Below, one piece after another: positions 1 to 10,770 of a stretch of DNA of 64,000 nucleotides; positions within the stretch are counted from its first letter, which is position 1, and every line of letters begins with the position of its first letter. The position numbers and the translations under genes were made by a program. The stretch covers positions 124,001 through 188,000 of the IMG/VR virus record IMGVR_UViG_3300026521_000003; one strand, 5' to 3'. Under the pieces are notes generated by a model. The model was not told the origin of the DNA. It was given only the letters and a program-made list of their open reading frames with translations, and did not search any database.

Positions 1-2
1 GT

Positions 3-197
3 TTAATCGAAATTATTGCAGAAGAGGTAAAAGATGGTGGTGAAGTAAAATTTGGTTCACTATTTAAAGTTTATAAAAAACATAAAAATGCTAGAAAAGT
101 AAGAAATCCGAGAACTGGCGAAACTTTCATGAAAGAAGCTAGAGATGAACTAGGATGTAAAGTTATGAGAGAAGGTAAATACCTTATTCAAGACTAG
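3..197 (+). CDS. HU/IHF-family DNA-binding protein, 3' part (truncated by window start)
   Basis: Not in the ORF track. Frame from nt 3 reads LIEIIAEEVKDGGEVKFGSLFKVYKKHKNARKVRNPRTGETF...*, and ARKVRNPRTGE is the HU/IHF arm motif. Confidence 0.85.
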   Translation, partial: LIEIIAEEVKDGGEVKFGSLFKVYKKHKNARKVRNPRTGETFMKEARDELGCKVMREGKYLIQD

Positions 198-205
198 GAA
201 TTAAC

Positions 206-547
206 ATGAATGTTAAAGTTGGTGGACCAAATTCGGAAATAGAAGCTGAAGCCAAAAAAAAACTTATTACTGAGAAAAGGATTAAAGAAATCCTTTCTCA
301 AAATCCTTCAAAACACGATTTAGAATCACTTAAAGTTAAAATACGGGAATTACTACAATTCTATGAACGTATAATTAAATCTATCAATCAAACTATACGT
401 ATGGTAAAATCAAAAACGCAGATGTCTTATTTAGAACAAAAGAATTATATTCAATCACAAGAGAAAGAATTATCACAGGCTAAACGTGAAAAAAGTAGAT
501 TAAGAAAATATTTAAAAATATTGAATGAAAAGTTAGATTTAATATAA
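206..547 (+). CDS. hypothetical basic coiled-coil protein
   Basis: 113-aa ORF with AGGA RBS and heptad-like K/E/L pattern. Confidence 0.6.
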   Translation: MNVKVGGPNSEIEAEAKKKLITEKRIKEILSQNPSKHDLESLKVKIRELLQFYERIIKSINQTIRMVKSKTQMSYLEQKNYIQSQEKELSQAKREKSRLRKYLKILNEKLDLI

Positions 548-550
548 ATA
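543..550 (+). promoter_or_regulatory. T4-type late promoter TATAAATA
   Basis: Exact TATAAATA upstream of the 571 ORF and the neck genes; gp55 is encoded in the window. Confidence 0.75.
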
Positions 551-570
551 AAAAGAAAAAGGAATTTTTT

Positions 571-918
571 ATGGCATATGAATATACAAGTATAACACCA
601 GGGATATTTAGTTTCACTATCCCTGGTGAAAATAAAACAGTAAAATTATTTACAGGTGATAAAATTATTGTTAAAAAACAACTCACAGGTACATACCTCA
701 AAATGTTTATTTTTAATGGAGAAGTTCCAGATGCTGATGAAGTAAAATCTAAAAAAACTAATCCGAAAGCAAAAGTAGCAGATAAAATAACATCTGTTGT
801 TGAAACTGAAGAAATTCAATCAAATGATAATATAGATATTGAACTTAGTGATAATATTAAAGATGTTGAAGAAAAACCAACTCCTAAAAGAAGAGGGAGA
901 AAGAAAAAAGAATCATAG
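571..918 (+). CDS. hypothetical late protein with basic tail (PKRRGRKKK)
   Basis: 115-aa ORF with RBS, downstream of a late promoter. Confidence 0.6.
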   Translation: MAYEYTSITPGIFSFTIPGENKTVKLFTGDKIIVKKQLTGTYLKMFIFNGEVPDADEVKSKKTNPKAKVADKITSVVETEEIQSNDNIDIELSDNIKDVEEKPTPKRRGRKKKES

Positions 919-939
919 TGGCTCTTTATTAAAAATATT

Positions 940-1614
940 ATGACAAAAGATTTCTTAAAACAATATATATTATCTATGTTAGGAGCATCACAAACTGATG
1001 TTGAATTATCTGATGAAGATTTAGATATGTCGATATATCATGCTATAAATTATTATGGACATAATTCATCTGAGGCATGGAATGAAGAATGGGTAGTTAT
1101 ACCACTAAAAGCGGGTGAAAATTATCATGAAATAGATGATTCAATAGATTTCATTATAAGTATGAATGCTATGGCTGGACAACAAGGAGTATCATTAATC
1201 CCAGAAACTGTCGGTAAGGCTTATGAAAATGCTATGTTAGCTATGAATAATCAAGATAACGATTTACAACGAGTAATTAATCCTGTATCCACAAGGATAT
1301 TATACAGAGATAATAAAAGATTTATACAAACAGATTTTGCCCCGACATCGGATTTGAATGTAGCTGCAAAAGTTATGAGATATAAAGATTTAGCACCAAT
1401 ATATTCTGATCCTTGGGTACAAAAATATGCTTTAGCTCAAGCAAAATTTACACTAGGCAATATTCGTAGTAAATATTCTAGTGTATCTGCACCTCAGGAT
1501 ATGTCAATGAATGGTTCAGATTTAATTTCACAAGCTCAAACAGAAATTGAAAAATTAGAGCAAGAGTTATTTGATAAATCAGTTATTATGAATGGTGGTA
1601 TTTATATCGGCTAG
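940..1614 (+). CDS. gp13: neck protein (T4 gp13-like head-tail adaptor)
   Basis: N-terminal LKQYILSMLGA...VEL and C-terminal WVQKYALAQAKFTLGNIRSKY...MNGSDLISQAQTEIEKLEQEL match the gp13 family; followed by gp14/gp15-like genes. Confidence 0.85.
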   Translation: MTKDFLKQYILSMLGASQTDVELSDEDLDMSIYHAINYYGHNSSEAWNEEWVVIPLKAGENYHEIDDSIDFIISMNAMAGQQGVSLIPETVGKAYENAMLAMNNQDNDLQRVINPVSTRILYRDNKRFIQTDFAPTSDLNVAAKVMRYKDLAPIYSDPWVQKYALAQAKFTLGNIRSKYSSVSAPQDMSMNGSDLISQAQTEIEKLEQELFDKSVIMNGGIYIG

Positions 1615-1669
1615 TTTATAAATTTATTGAATAATGAATAAATATATATGAAATAATGGAGATAAATTT

Positions 1670-2419
1670 ATGACTAGAACTGATTTTTTAAATGAAATAT
1701 TACCTACATCATATACTATAAAAGGTTCATTATCTGAATCGGGACCAAATTCTAGAAAGGTATATAATAATAAACCTAAAGATGTATCTTTTATTAAACG
1801 TATTGCAAGAGAAAAAATACATCTTGATGGTGCACCGATCTTATATTTTCCAATTGACCCAACTTCAAATGATTTATTACAGTCTTTAGATTTCGATAAT
1901 AGTTTAAAAGATCATACTCATCTAACATTAGGAAAACCATTAGAAATGGTTGCAACATGGACACCACAAGAATACCAAAACGATTTATCTAAATGGGGAG
2001 TTATGATGCCAGCCGGTTCTGATCACCAACTATATATTCATGTAACTGATTTAGAAGAAATTTTAAAACGTAAACCTCTAGTTGGTGATATAATTGAAAC
2101 TGTTATGGATCGAACGAGATTTAAAGTAGCCGATGTATTCTATGGGCATTCTAATTTATGGGAGAATATATTTTGTATGGTAACATTAAGTAAAGTTACT
2201 TATGATAATTATACTTCACAATTAGATCAATATGATGAATCATACAAAGATACATATACAAAATTGGAAAGTGTTTTAGATGTTATGGATGGTACAGAAC
2301 ATCATGAATCTAATGCGGAAATACAAAAAGAAAAAACAAAAACTGATAGTCATAATAATAGTAAACCTAGAAAAAAATCTATTGATACTGCATTAGATAT
2401 AATGACTATGACATTATAA
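1670..2419 (+). CDS. gp14: neck/head-closure protein (T4 gp14-like)
   Basis: G.PILYFP, DLSKWG and P.VGDII motifs; lies between gp13 and gp15 homologues. Confidence 0.7.
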   Translation: MTRTDFLNEILPTSYTIKGSLSESGPNSRKVYNNKPKDVSFIKRIAREKIHLDGAPILYFPIDPTSNDLLQSLDFDNSLKDHTHLTLGKPLEMVATWTPQEYQNDLSKWGVMMPAGSDHQLYIHVTDLEEILKRKPLVGDIIETVMDRTRFKVADVFYGHSNLWENIFCMVTLSKVTYDNYTSQLDQYDESYKDTYTKLESVLDVMDGTEHHESNAEIQKEKTKTDSHNNSKPRKKSIDTALDIMTMTL

Positions 2420-2434
2420 AAGGAATAGTAAATT

Positions 2435-5182
2435 ATGAATCATAACTTTTATTATGAAGGTCGACAAATAAAAAATTATTTAATTGGGTTTGCAAGTATA
2501 TTTTCTGAAATACCTTATAAAAATCGAAAGGGCAAATTGGAAAGTGTGCCAATTCATTATGGTTCTCCATCAGATATAATATCATATTTAGAAATGAATG
2601 TAGATAATGATGAAACTCATAATAGAAATAGATTAAAAGATATATCTGTACCTTTATTTTCATTTCGTATGACATCGATGGAGCAAAATCTAGAACGTAG
2701 AAGAGCTCCACTCGATTCTATTGCTGTAGATTTACGTCCATTAGGATATGGAACCGGGTATGTAGCTATGAAACCATCACCATTTAAATTTACTTTTGAA
2801 TTATTGTTATGGGCGAGTAGTGATTATCAGGCGTTTGAAATAGTTGAACAAATAGTACCATATTTTAATACCCCTCAACAAGTAACAATAGAGCCCCTTC
2901 CTAGATGTCCGGTTTCAACAACAGAAGTTTTTTTAGAAAGTTTAGATATTGATACTGAGCCAGACTCTCAAAAATATTCTGCATTAGTAACAATGAATTT
3001 CAATCTAAATGGATGGTTATTATCACAACCAAGAATTTGGTCAACAAATATGCAGTTTGAATTATCTATGTTGGATAAAGAGAATATTACTCAAGGGGTC
3101 GATTTAAATGACTCTGATTATTCTATTGGACATGAGATAATTGATAATAATAGTAGAAATACCAATACAAATACTCAAAAAGAAACTACTATCGAATCAT
3201 TTATAAAAAGTTCTAATTTAAATGAATTATATTCTGAGACATTAGATATGATTAAAATATTAAAAGCAGAGGGTTATATTAGTGATGATGGTCATATTTT
3301 AACAACTGATAATATTACTATTTTTTATAAGGGTAAAGAAAAAAACCTTTCTATCGAATATATAAATTGGTTAATAGATGAAAACGAAGATCTTGAATAT
3401 CTATATGATAATTTTAATATGCAAGAAAAATTATTAGCTCAAGATTTAAAAGCTGATAATTTAGTACTTGATACTATGATTTATGATAAAAGTGAAACTG
3501 TTGAAATATATTTAAAATTGCTAGATAATAATTTAGTAACAATGGGATTTAATTTAACGGATGTACAAATAACAAATTCTGAGAAATTAAATATTTTTGG
3601 TACACCTAGAATTGATATTGATGATGCATTAAATAGAATGAAGTTATATTATAGTGTACTTAGTAATTTAAAAGTAAAAAAAGAAACTATATTATCTAAT
3701 ATTGATAGTACAATTAAACCGTCATTTATTAAATTTGATTTGCCAAATGATTTTGAAATTGATGAAAGATTAAAAAAGTATGATACTAAGTTAGTTATTA
3801 ATGATATATATACGACTATTAATGATGATTTAAGTATTGATTTAACTCTTGAAACAGAATTAGATCTTAGACTTTGTTATATAGAAAATAATGAATTGGT
3901 TGAATTAGAATATGATACAAAATTTAATTTTAGTCCACCGATTGGTACTATGAATGTTTATGCTATAATATCAAATGAATCAAATTATATCTTTGGTGGT
4001 TTATTATATGATCCATCGGATAGTTTATTTTCTAATGAGAAATATTTTATTAATGGTCAAAAAGTTCCATTGGAATTAAGTAATGATATACAAAATGTAG
4101 TTAATATAGAAAAAGTATTAAATTCTTCATTTAAAGAGATAGATAAATTTATTATTGCTATATTGATATTTAATAAATTGAAAAATAATATTGATGATAT
4201 TAATGATTTAGAAAATGATCAATTATTTAAAATCGCCAGCAAAAAATACAATATTACGAAGTATGAAATTGTTGAATTTGCAAATATCTTATATTCATTG
4301 AATAAGGAATTAAGTGATAATATTGATTTGATTAGTGTTCCATCAAATTTGCCAATTTCAACCGATGAATTTAACAATAAACAAATTAATATAGCACCAG
4401 ATTTATCTATGGTATTGGCACTAGATAAAAATAATAAGCCTATATACGATGTTAATAATGACGGTTTTATAAATAAAACCGATTTAGAAATATTGGGATC
4501 TGAGGTTGATAATATTGACTCATATGATTATGAATTGAAATATGGTGTATGGTATAAACGATTTAATATTGATAATATAACAGAAGAAAAAATACTTAAA
4601 ATATCACAAAACATTAAAACAATTTATTATTTAACTGAAAAAAACGATATGACGGAATTAAAATTATATTTAGAATTAAAAGATCAGGGATTAGTATCAG
4701 AGCAATATTCTATAATTTCTACGGAAAAAAATTTAAAAAAATTAAAAGCCTTAGGTTATAATATAGAAGAATTAGAAGATAAACTTCTTTTTATGCGAAT
4801 GTTTATAGATGCAGTAAAAAATATAATGATTGATGACCGAGATTTTATATTGTATCAAGTTCCAGAAATGAATGAAGATAGTAAGTCAATGTTATATCGA
4901 ACTGAAGGTTTGGATATTGATAGTATTGTTTTAGGTAAATTTATTGAAAAATATTTTCAATTATTAGATGATTATGACCAACGTATAATGGACGACATTC
5001 TATTTAGACAATTATTATCAAAAGATATGGGTGTGTATTATAATGCTGCATATGAATTTAATCTTGTGTGGGTAGATATAGTAAAAACGGATTTTTTTAA
5101 AAATAGTTTACAAGTAAAAACTCCAAGATTGGATGAAATTTTACCATATGTAAAAGAAAAAATAGATGAAATCCTAAAATAG
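2435..5182 (+). CDS. gp15: tail terminator/sheath stabiliser (T4 gp15-like N-terminal ~200 aa) with ~700-aa C-terminal extension
   Basis: FYYEGRQIKNYLIGFASIFSEI...VPIHYG...P.PFKFTFEL...QAFEIVEQIVPYFN is gp15-like; the remainder is unassigned. Confidence 0.8.
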   Translation: MNHNFYYEGRQIKNYLIGFASIFSEIPYKNRKGKLESVPIHYGSPSDIISYLEMNVDNDETHNRNRLKDISVPLFSFRMTSMEQNLERRRAPLDSIAVDLRPLGYGTGYVAMKPSPFKFTFELLLWASSDYQAFEIVEQIVPYFNTPQQVTIEPLPRCPVSTTEVFLESLDIDTEPDSQKYSALVTMNFNLNGWLLSQPRIWSTNMQFELSMLDKENITQGVDLNDSDYSIGHEIIDNNSRNTNTNTQKETTIESFIKSSNLNELYSETLDMIKILKAEGYISDDGHILTTDNITIFYKGKEKNLSIEYINWLIDENEDLEYLYDNFNMQEKLLAQDLKADNLVLDTMIYDKSETVEIYLKLLDNNLVTMGFNLTDVQITNSEKLNIFGTPRIDIDDALNRMKLYYSVLSNLKVKKETILSNIDSTIKPSFIKFDLPNDFEIDERLKKYDTKLVINDIYTTINDDLSIDLTLETELDLRLCYIENNELVELEYDTKFNFSPPIGTMNVYAIISNESNYIFGGLLYDPSDSLFSNEKYFINGQKVPLELSNDIQNVVNIEKVLNSSFKEIDKFIIAILIFNKLKNNIDDINDLENDQLFKIASKKYNITKYEIVEFANILYSLNKELSDNIDLISVPSNLPISTDEFNNKQINIAPDLSMVLALDKNNKPIYDVNNDGFINKTDLEILGSEVDNIDSYDYELKYGVWYKRFNIDNITEEKILKISQNIKTIYYLTEKNDMTELKLYLELKDQGLVSEQYSIISTEKNLKKLKALGYNIEELEDKLLFMRMFIDAVKNIMIDDRDFILYQVPEMNEDSKSMLYRTEGLDIDSIVLGKFIEKYFQLLDDYDQRIMDDILFRQLLSKDMGVYYNAAYEFNLVWVDIVKTDFFKNSLQVKTPRLDEILPYVKEKIDEILK

Positions 5183-5211
5183 AAATAAATAAAATAAAAA
5201 AGGAGATTAAT

Positions 5212-5409
5212 ATGAGAATTTCAAAATTATTTGAATCAGCACCTAGAAAGAAAGGAAAAACTACTGCTAATGATGTAAGAGTGTGGTTAGATAAAATAAA
5301 TAATGGTGAAGCTACTGAAGAAGATATACAATTATATGATGATTTAAAAAGCATATCACGAAAATTAGGTGGAAAAACAACAGTAATAGAAATACTTAAA
5401 GCGATTTAA
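5212..5409 (+). CDS. small late protein, putative head-internal protein
   Basis: AATAAATA and AGGAG upstream; leader MRISKLFE|S. Confidence 0.6.
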   Translation: MRISKLFESAPRKKGKTTANDVRVWLDKINNGEATEEDIQLYDDLKSISRKLGGKTTVIEILKAI

Positions 5410-5433
5410 TATAGGGATATTTATCCCTATATT
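5408..5433. terminator. bidirectional intrinsic terminator
   Basis: aatatagggat-attt-atccctatatt inverted repeat between convergent genes. Confidence 0.7.
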
Positions 5434-5441
5434 ATTATTTA

Positions 5442-6146
5442 TTAAAATATTTTACCTAATAAGACTCTCGATAAATCTTCAAGTTTATATAAACTTACAT
5501 CTTCAAACCAATGTATATTAACACCAGAGCCTTTTAAAAATTCTAACGATTTGAAATATGCATCTCTACGTTTATTTAAAATATCTATATCTAAAGTATC
5601 ATTAGAGTCTACTAAACCATTTTCAATATCTATTTCTGTTCTTTCAATTATTATCTCATTTGGTAAATCAAGAAATATAATATCTGTCGGCATTTTTATA
5701 AATTTATTTGTATTGAGTGCAACTTTTATAAATTCTAGATCGGTTCTACTATTATTATAAAATGCTTGGTATGCTAATGTAGATATAAAATAACGATCAA
5801 ATAGATAATTCGCCTCATCAATTATATTAGTATTTACAATTTGGTTATTGTTGTTAGTAGTTTCATTAATAAGTTTAGTATTTAAAAATAATTCATTCAT
5901 CCAATAGTGACTCATTTCGGATAAAAAATTAGGAGTGTTTACTATTGATAAATCTGGATTTGATGAATTTAATTCATTTCTAATTATAGCTCCAATAGGG
6001 GTAGATGCATTTGGGAATGAAAACCTATTTAATTTTTTCCCATTTGTTCCTTGCATTTGATTCCATACCATTTCAAACGAATCACAAAATGAGGATTTTC
6101 CAGTTTTATCAAGACCTTCAACGGCTATAATTTTATTAATTATCAT
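5442..6146 (-). CDS. tmk: thymidylate (dTMP) kinase
   Basis: P-loop AVEGLDKTGKSS, FP...TPIG..IR, DRYFISTLAYQ, P.DIIFLD. Confidence 0.9.
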   Translation of the reverse strand: MIINKIIAVEGLDKTGKSSFCDSFEMVWNQMQGTNGKKLNRFSFPNASTPIGAIIRNELNSSNPDLSIVNTPNFLSEMSHYWMNELFLNTKLINETTNNNNQIVNTNIIDEANYLFDRYFISTLAYQAFYNNSRTDLEFIKVALNTNKFIKMPTDIIFLDLPNEIIIERTEIDIENGLVDSNDTLDIDILNKRRDAYFKSLEFLKGSGVNIHWFEDVSLYKLEDLSRVLLGKIF

Positions 6147-6240
6147 AATTTAATACCTTTTTATTTTATTTATTTTTTATTTTACAATTTTGTCTAAATA
6201 AAGAATAAATAAAGATAATTAATAAAAACGGAGATTTAAA

Positions 6241-6867
6241 ATGTCTAGACTAATTAATATTCTGAATAAGAATAAAATGATAAAATTAAAAGAAGCCGAT
6301 GAAGAAGCTCCGGCTGAAAATACTGATGAATTAACTTTGGATGATACTTCAGCTGATACTAAAGATCCTGGAGCAGGTGAGGCTCCAGTTGAAGGTACGG
6401 AAGAAGTTCAAGATGATACTACTGAAGATGAAGAAACATCAACTAATGATGAAAAAGACAATATGGATGACGTTCCAACAGAAGAAAAAGATGATATGAA
6501 TACACCCACAGAAGACATTGATAAAGCCATTGAAGAAATGATAGGTATGACGGAAATTCAACATACATCTAGTTCAACGATAATTGATTTTGAGGATGGG
6601 GGACAAGTAATGTTTGTTCATCCAATGGTATCATTAAAAAGTGAAACATTGAATGAAATAATTAAATTGATTATGAAAGACATAACAAAGACTTATGCCT
6701 CAAATAAAGATGAAATAACAGGAAAAGATCTAAATAAAACGAGATATTGGAAAAGTTTGAGTACTCTTATTGAAACTATGGTTAGAAGTCAATTAACAAA
6801 AAGTGATAATATGAATGGTTTGATTGATGAAATTAAACAAGTATTTAAAGTTTTAGAAGTAAAATAA
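6241..6867 (+). CDS. acidic late protein, putative head/prohead-associated
   Basis: AATAAATA upstream, leader ending LKE|A, D/E-rich low-complexity N half. Confidence 0.55.
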   Translation: MSRLINILNKNKMIKLKEADEEAPAENTDELTLDDTSADTKDPGAGEAPVEGTEEVQDDTTEDEETSTNDEKDNMDDVPTEEKDDMNTPTEDIDKAIEEMIGMTEIQHTSSSTIIDFEDGGQVMFVHPMVSLKSETLNEIIKLIMKDITKTYASNKDEITGKDLNKTRYWKSLSTLIETMVRSQLTKSDNMNGLIDEIKQVFKVLEVK

Positions 6868-6876
6868 TAGGATATA

Positions 6877-9117
6877 ATGATGGCTCAACCTTTGATGATT
6901 CAATCAATAGTGACTGATAATAGGATAACTGCAAAATTTTCTGATAACGAATTGCCTAAATATGCAAGGCATGGGGAGTTATATGTTGTTAATGGGATAT
7001 TATACATTTATGTTGATTTAGATAATACCGGTTCAGATATTGGACAATGGTTTCCTATGACATATGAAAAAGAAATTGTTATGTATGTTGAAGCTGAAGA
7101 AAAGAATATTTGGTCATTTCCTATATCATTTTATACTCATAATATACATGTTATTGTATATGATCAAAATGACCGAGTATATACTTCTAATTTTGATTAT
7201 GTTATTAAAAATGGTATAATGACTTTAACTTTTAATGAATTAATATCAGGGAAAGTCTATATTATTATGGATAAAGGATTTGATTGGATTGATTCATCAT
7301 TAATTGTTGCTGATAGAAAATTTGCTATAACATCCGATGAAAATAATTTTTATTATATTGAAGTAAACACCGAAAATTTATCTATTGATAAAAATGGTAA
7401 AATTATTATTAAAAACGATTTATCTGTAAATGGTAATTTAGATATTAATGGTGATTTAAATATTACTGGTGATTTAAAAATAATGGGTGAAAACATTGAA
7501 ATAGAATCTTCAACATTAACTGTTGCTGATAATATAATAACCTTAAATAATGGATTCGTGGGTTCTCCTTTTCAGAATACAGGGATAGAAGTAGATCGTG
7601 GTAGTTTGGGTAAATTAAATATTTTAACATTTAATGAAACGATGGATTATGTGGAGATCCCAGTTATAGATAATGAAGGACTTATTAATCAAGAAGAAGT
7701 AGCTACTAAACCGTTTGTAAATAACTCAATAATGATTGAAACAACTAGAGCACAATCTGCTGAAATTATATTACAAACAAATATTGATAACGAAATTACA
7801 AGGGCACAATCTACTGAAAGTACATTACAAACAAATATTGATGATGAAGTAAATAGAGCACAATCTGCTGAAAGTACATTACAAACAAATATTGATAATG
7901 AAATTACAAGAGCACAATCTGCTGAAAGTACATTACAAACAAATATTGATAATGAAATTACAAGAGCACAATCTGCTGAAACTGTATTACAAACAAAAAT
8001 AGATGATGAAGTTAATAGAGCTATTATAGTAGAAGGTGATATTAATAATTTACAAACTAACTCTAAATCAAATTTGGTTTCTGCTATAAATGAAAACGTT
8101 GAAAGTATTAACATTGAAAAAGGACGTATTGATTCAATCTTATCAGCTAGTGAAGCTGATAAAGATTCATTTGCAGAGATAGTAACGTTGATAAATTCGG
8201 TTGATATTGAAAATGATAATGTTTTCGCTAATTATGTTTTAGTTAATGATGAACGTAGTGCTAATATTGAACAAGCAATATTAGATGAAACTACTAGAGC
8301 ACAATCTACCGAAAGTACATTACAAACAAATATTGATAACGAAGTAAATAGAGCAACTGCAGTTGAGGATAACTTAAATATATTGGTTTCTGATTTATCA
8401 GCAAATCTAGAAACAAATTTTCTCAACAAGTCAACATCAGTCGAACAGATTATAAATCCTAATTTAAAATTAGATGGTTCAATACTGACATGGTCCTTAT
8501 CAACAGAATGGTTTTATTATTCTATAAATGAAAATTTGACTACTATTAACATTAATAGTAGTACAAATATAAACGAATATGTTTATACTATGGATGCTAT
8601 TGAGACTATTAAATTTAATAAAACAGGTCAGATATGGTCATCATTATATGGTAATTTAGAAGATTATTTTTTAGGTATTAATGATCAGTCTAAAGACAGT
8701 TTATTAATTAATGGTTTAAGCGATACACAATTTGTAAGAAGTGACATAGATTATACTATGAATGCAAATTATCATATATTAAAAGATTTAACCGTAGATG
8801 GTACACTTACAGCCGGAACAATAATTGAAACTTCATCTATTAAATATAAAGAAAATGTAAAATTGATAAAATCACCATTAGAAATTGTATCTAAATTAGA
8901 TGGAGTTCGATACGTATGGAAAGATACAAAAAAAGATGATATTGGTTTTATTGCTGAAGATGTTAATTTAGTACTTCCTGAGTTAGTTCAAATTAACGAT
9001 GGAGAAATTGAAGGAATGAATTATTCAAAAATAACTGCTGTTTTAGTTGAGGCTATAAAAGAACAACAAAAACAAATTACAGAATTAATGAATGAGGTAA
9101 AAAAATTAAAAGGATAA
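6877..9117 (+). CDS. tail fibre protein with C-terminal intramolecular chaperone (peptidase S74-type)
   Basis: 18-aa coiled-coil repeats; C-terminal ETSSIKYKENV...LDGVRYVWK...IGFIAEDV..VLPELV...MNYSKITAVLVEAIKEQ. Confidence 0.85.
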   Translation: MMAQPLMIQSIVTDNRITAKFSDNELPKYARHGELYVVNGILYIYVDLDNTGSDIGQWFPMTYEKEIVMYVEAEEKNIWSFPISFYTHNIHVIVYDQNDRVYTSNFDYVIKNGIMTLTFNELISGKVYIIMDKGFDWIDSSLIVADRKFAITSDENNFYYIEVNTENLSIDKNGKIIIKNDLSVNGNLDINGDLNITGDLKIMGENIEIESSTLTVADNIITLNNGFVGSPFQNTGIEVDRGSLGKLNILTFNETMDYVEIPVIDNEGLINQEEVATKPFVNNSIMIETTRAQSAEIILQTNIDNEITRAQSTESTLQTNIDDEVNRAQSAESTLQTNIDNEITRAQSAESTLQTNIDNEITRAQSAETVLQTKIDDEVNRAIIVEGDINNLQTNSKSNLVSAINENVESINIEKGRIDSILSASEADKDSFAEIVTLINSVDIENDNVFANYVLVNDERSANIEQAILDETTRAQSTESTLQTNIDNEVNRATAVEDNLNILVSDLSANLETNFLNKSTSVEQIINPNLKLDGSILTWSLSTEWFYYSINENLTTININSSTNINEYVYTMDAIETIKFNKTGQIWSSLYGNLEDYFLGINDQSKDSLLINGLSDTQFVRSDIDYTMNANYHILKDLTVDGTLTAGTIIETSSIKYKENVKLIKSPLEIVSKLDGVRYVWKDTKKDDIGFIAEDVNLVLPELVQINDGEIEGMNYSKITAVLVEAIKEQQKQITELMNEVKKLKG
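7735..8020 (+). repeat. 54-bp tandem repeat encoding E(I/V)(T/N)RAQS(A/T)ESTLQTNID(N/D)
   Basis: About 5 consecutive near-identical units, with a further copy near 8285-8360. Confidence 0.9.
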
Positions 9118-9120
9118 TAA

Positions 9121-10131
9121 ATGTTTTCGTTACCTATATACCCAGATCTTGAACCAACGTATATTAGAGAAGAATTTATCCCTTTTTTGAAAAAATATAA
9201 ATCAATAATATATGATTTATATTTTACAGTACGTATACCTCCTTTTGAACAAGATGCAATGGGTACCATATTTAGTAAAGAAGATATACCATCATTAATT
9301 TCTAATGCTTTAATTATTCAAAATGAAACAAAAATACCTATTTCAGCTGTATTCAATAATATTTTTATATCTCCATCGGAGAAAAATTTAGATATTTTTA
9401 TTAAACATTTTACACCACTATATAATTTTGGGGTCAGATCAATAACAATTCCTTTTACATCATGGCTTATGTTTGATAAATTGCAGAATTCTTTCCCTGA
9501 ATTATATATAAAAAATACAGTTTTACAAAGTGTATCCGAACCAAGAGAAGTTTACAATCTAGCGATAAATGGATTTGATTATATTAATTTAGACCGAAAT
9601 TTATTACGTAATCAAAATAAACTTAAAATTATAGATAAAGCTAGAAAAGCTGCAGAATCAAAATTAGGAAAGCCTATCAAACTTAGTATTTTATTTAATG
9701 AGAACTGTATAGGTAATTGTCCTATACAGAACGAACATTATTTATATAATTCTCATAATAATATTAATAACCAACCATATACTTTTTTTAAATCATCTAT
9801 GAGTAAAATTAGTTGTCTTGAATGGGAAAAGAAATCTCCAGAGTTACTATTAAAAAAAGCATCAGTTATAAATGATGAGAAATTTATGAATGGTTTAGAT
9901 ATGATTGATGTATTTAAACTACATGGTCGTGAATCTAAAAATGTTTTTTTAAATAGTTTAAATATAATTAAGTCTACATATGATAAAACTGAAATAATAG
10001 ATGAATTATATTACACTCGTATTAAATATAATATAAAAGATATTGATTATAATCTATGGGTAGAAAAAGTAAAAAATTGTAACTTTGATTGTTGGGATTG
10101 TACTTATTGTGAGGATTTATTTAAAAAATAA
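9121..10131 (+). CDS. U32-family (peptidase-like/Fe-S hydroxylase-like) protein
   Basis: GFDYINLDRNL, NENCIGNCP, FKLHGRE and C-terminal CNFDCWDCTYC. Confidence 0.75.
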   Translation: MFSLPIYPDLEPTYIREEFIPFLKKYKSIIYDLYFTVRIPPFEQDAMGTIFSKEDIPSLISNALIIQNETKIPISAVFNNIFISPSEKNLDIFIKHFTPLYNFGVRSITIPFTSWLMFDKLQNSFPELYIKNTVLQSVSEPREVYNLAINGFDYINLDRNLLRNQNKLKIIDKARKAAESKLGKPIKLSILFNENCIGNCPIQNEHYLYNSHNNINNQPYTFFKSSMSKISCLEWEKKSPELLLKKASVINDEKFMNGLDMIDVFKLHGRESKNVFLNSLNIIKSTYDKTEIIDELYYTRIKYNIKDIDYNLWVEKVKNCNFDCWDCTYCEDLFKK

Positions 10132-10132
10132 T

Positions 10133-10759
10133 ATGAATATAGAATCAATCCATACTATTAGTAATAAAAATATACTTCCTAATACTATATATCAAATAGA
10201 AGGACTAACCAGTTTTAAAACCCAAAATATATTGGCTGAATTAGCAAGAAACAAGAATGTATTAGAAATAGGTAGTTTATATGGTGCAACTACTCTAGCA
10301 TTAGCATATTATGCAAAAGAAATTACAACCGTAGATAATTGGTCTGATACTGAAATTTTACCAATAAAAAACAATATTAAAATAAAAAAAAATGTAATAA
10401 ATAAGACATATGATATATTTAAAAATAATACAAAATCTGTTGATAATATTAATTTGATTATTGGTAATATTTTTTCAAAAACTGTTTGGTCTAAATTAAG
10501 ATTAAGAAAATTTGAGTTGATATTTTATGATGGACCACATGCGGTCAAAGATATTATACAGTTTATAAACTTATATGCGTTTTTATTTAAGAAAGATACT
10601 ATATTAATTTTTGATGATTATAATTTTGATACGGTTCAAGAGGGATTAAAATATGGGTTTGAATCTATAAATATAGAAATAGATAAAACAATTAAAATAG
10701 AAACTGAAGGTGAAAGTAAAGATGAAATATGGAATGGTATTGCGATTTTCCAATTTTAA
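10133..10759 (+). CDS. class I SAM-dependent methyltransferase (Methyltransf_24-like)
   Basis: VLEIGSLYGATT, TTVDNW, ELIFYDGPH, ILIFDDY; start moved to ATG 10133 just after the upstream stop. Confidence 0.85.
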   Translation: MNIESIHTISNKNILPNTIYQIEGLTSFKTQNILAELARNKNVLEIGSLYGATTLALAYYAKEITTVDNWSDTEILPIKNNIKIKKNVINKTYDIFKNNTKSVDNINLIIGNIFSKTVWSKLRLRKFELIFYDGPHAVKDIIQFINLYAFLFKKDTILIFDDYNFDTVQEGLKYGFESINIEIDKTIKIETEGESKDEIWNGIAIFQF

Positions 10760-10770
10760 AAGGGGTTTAG

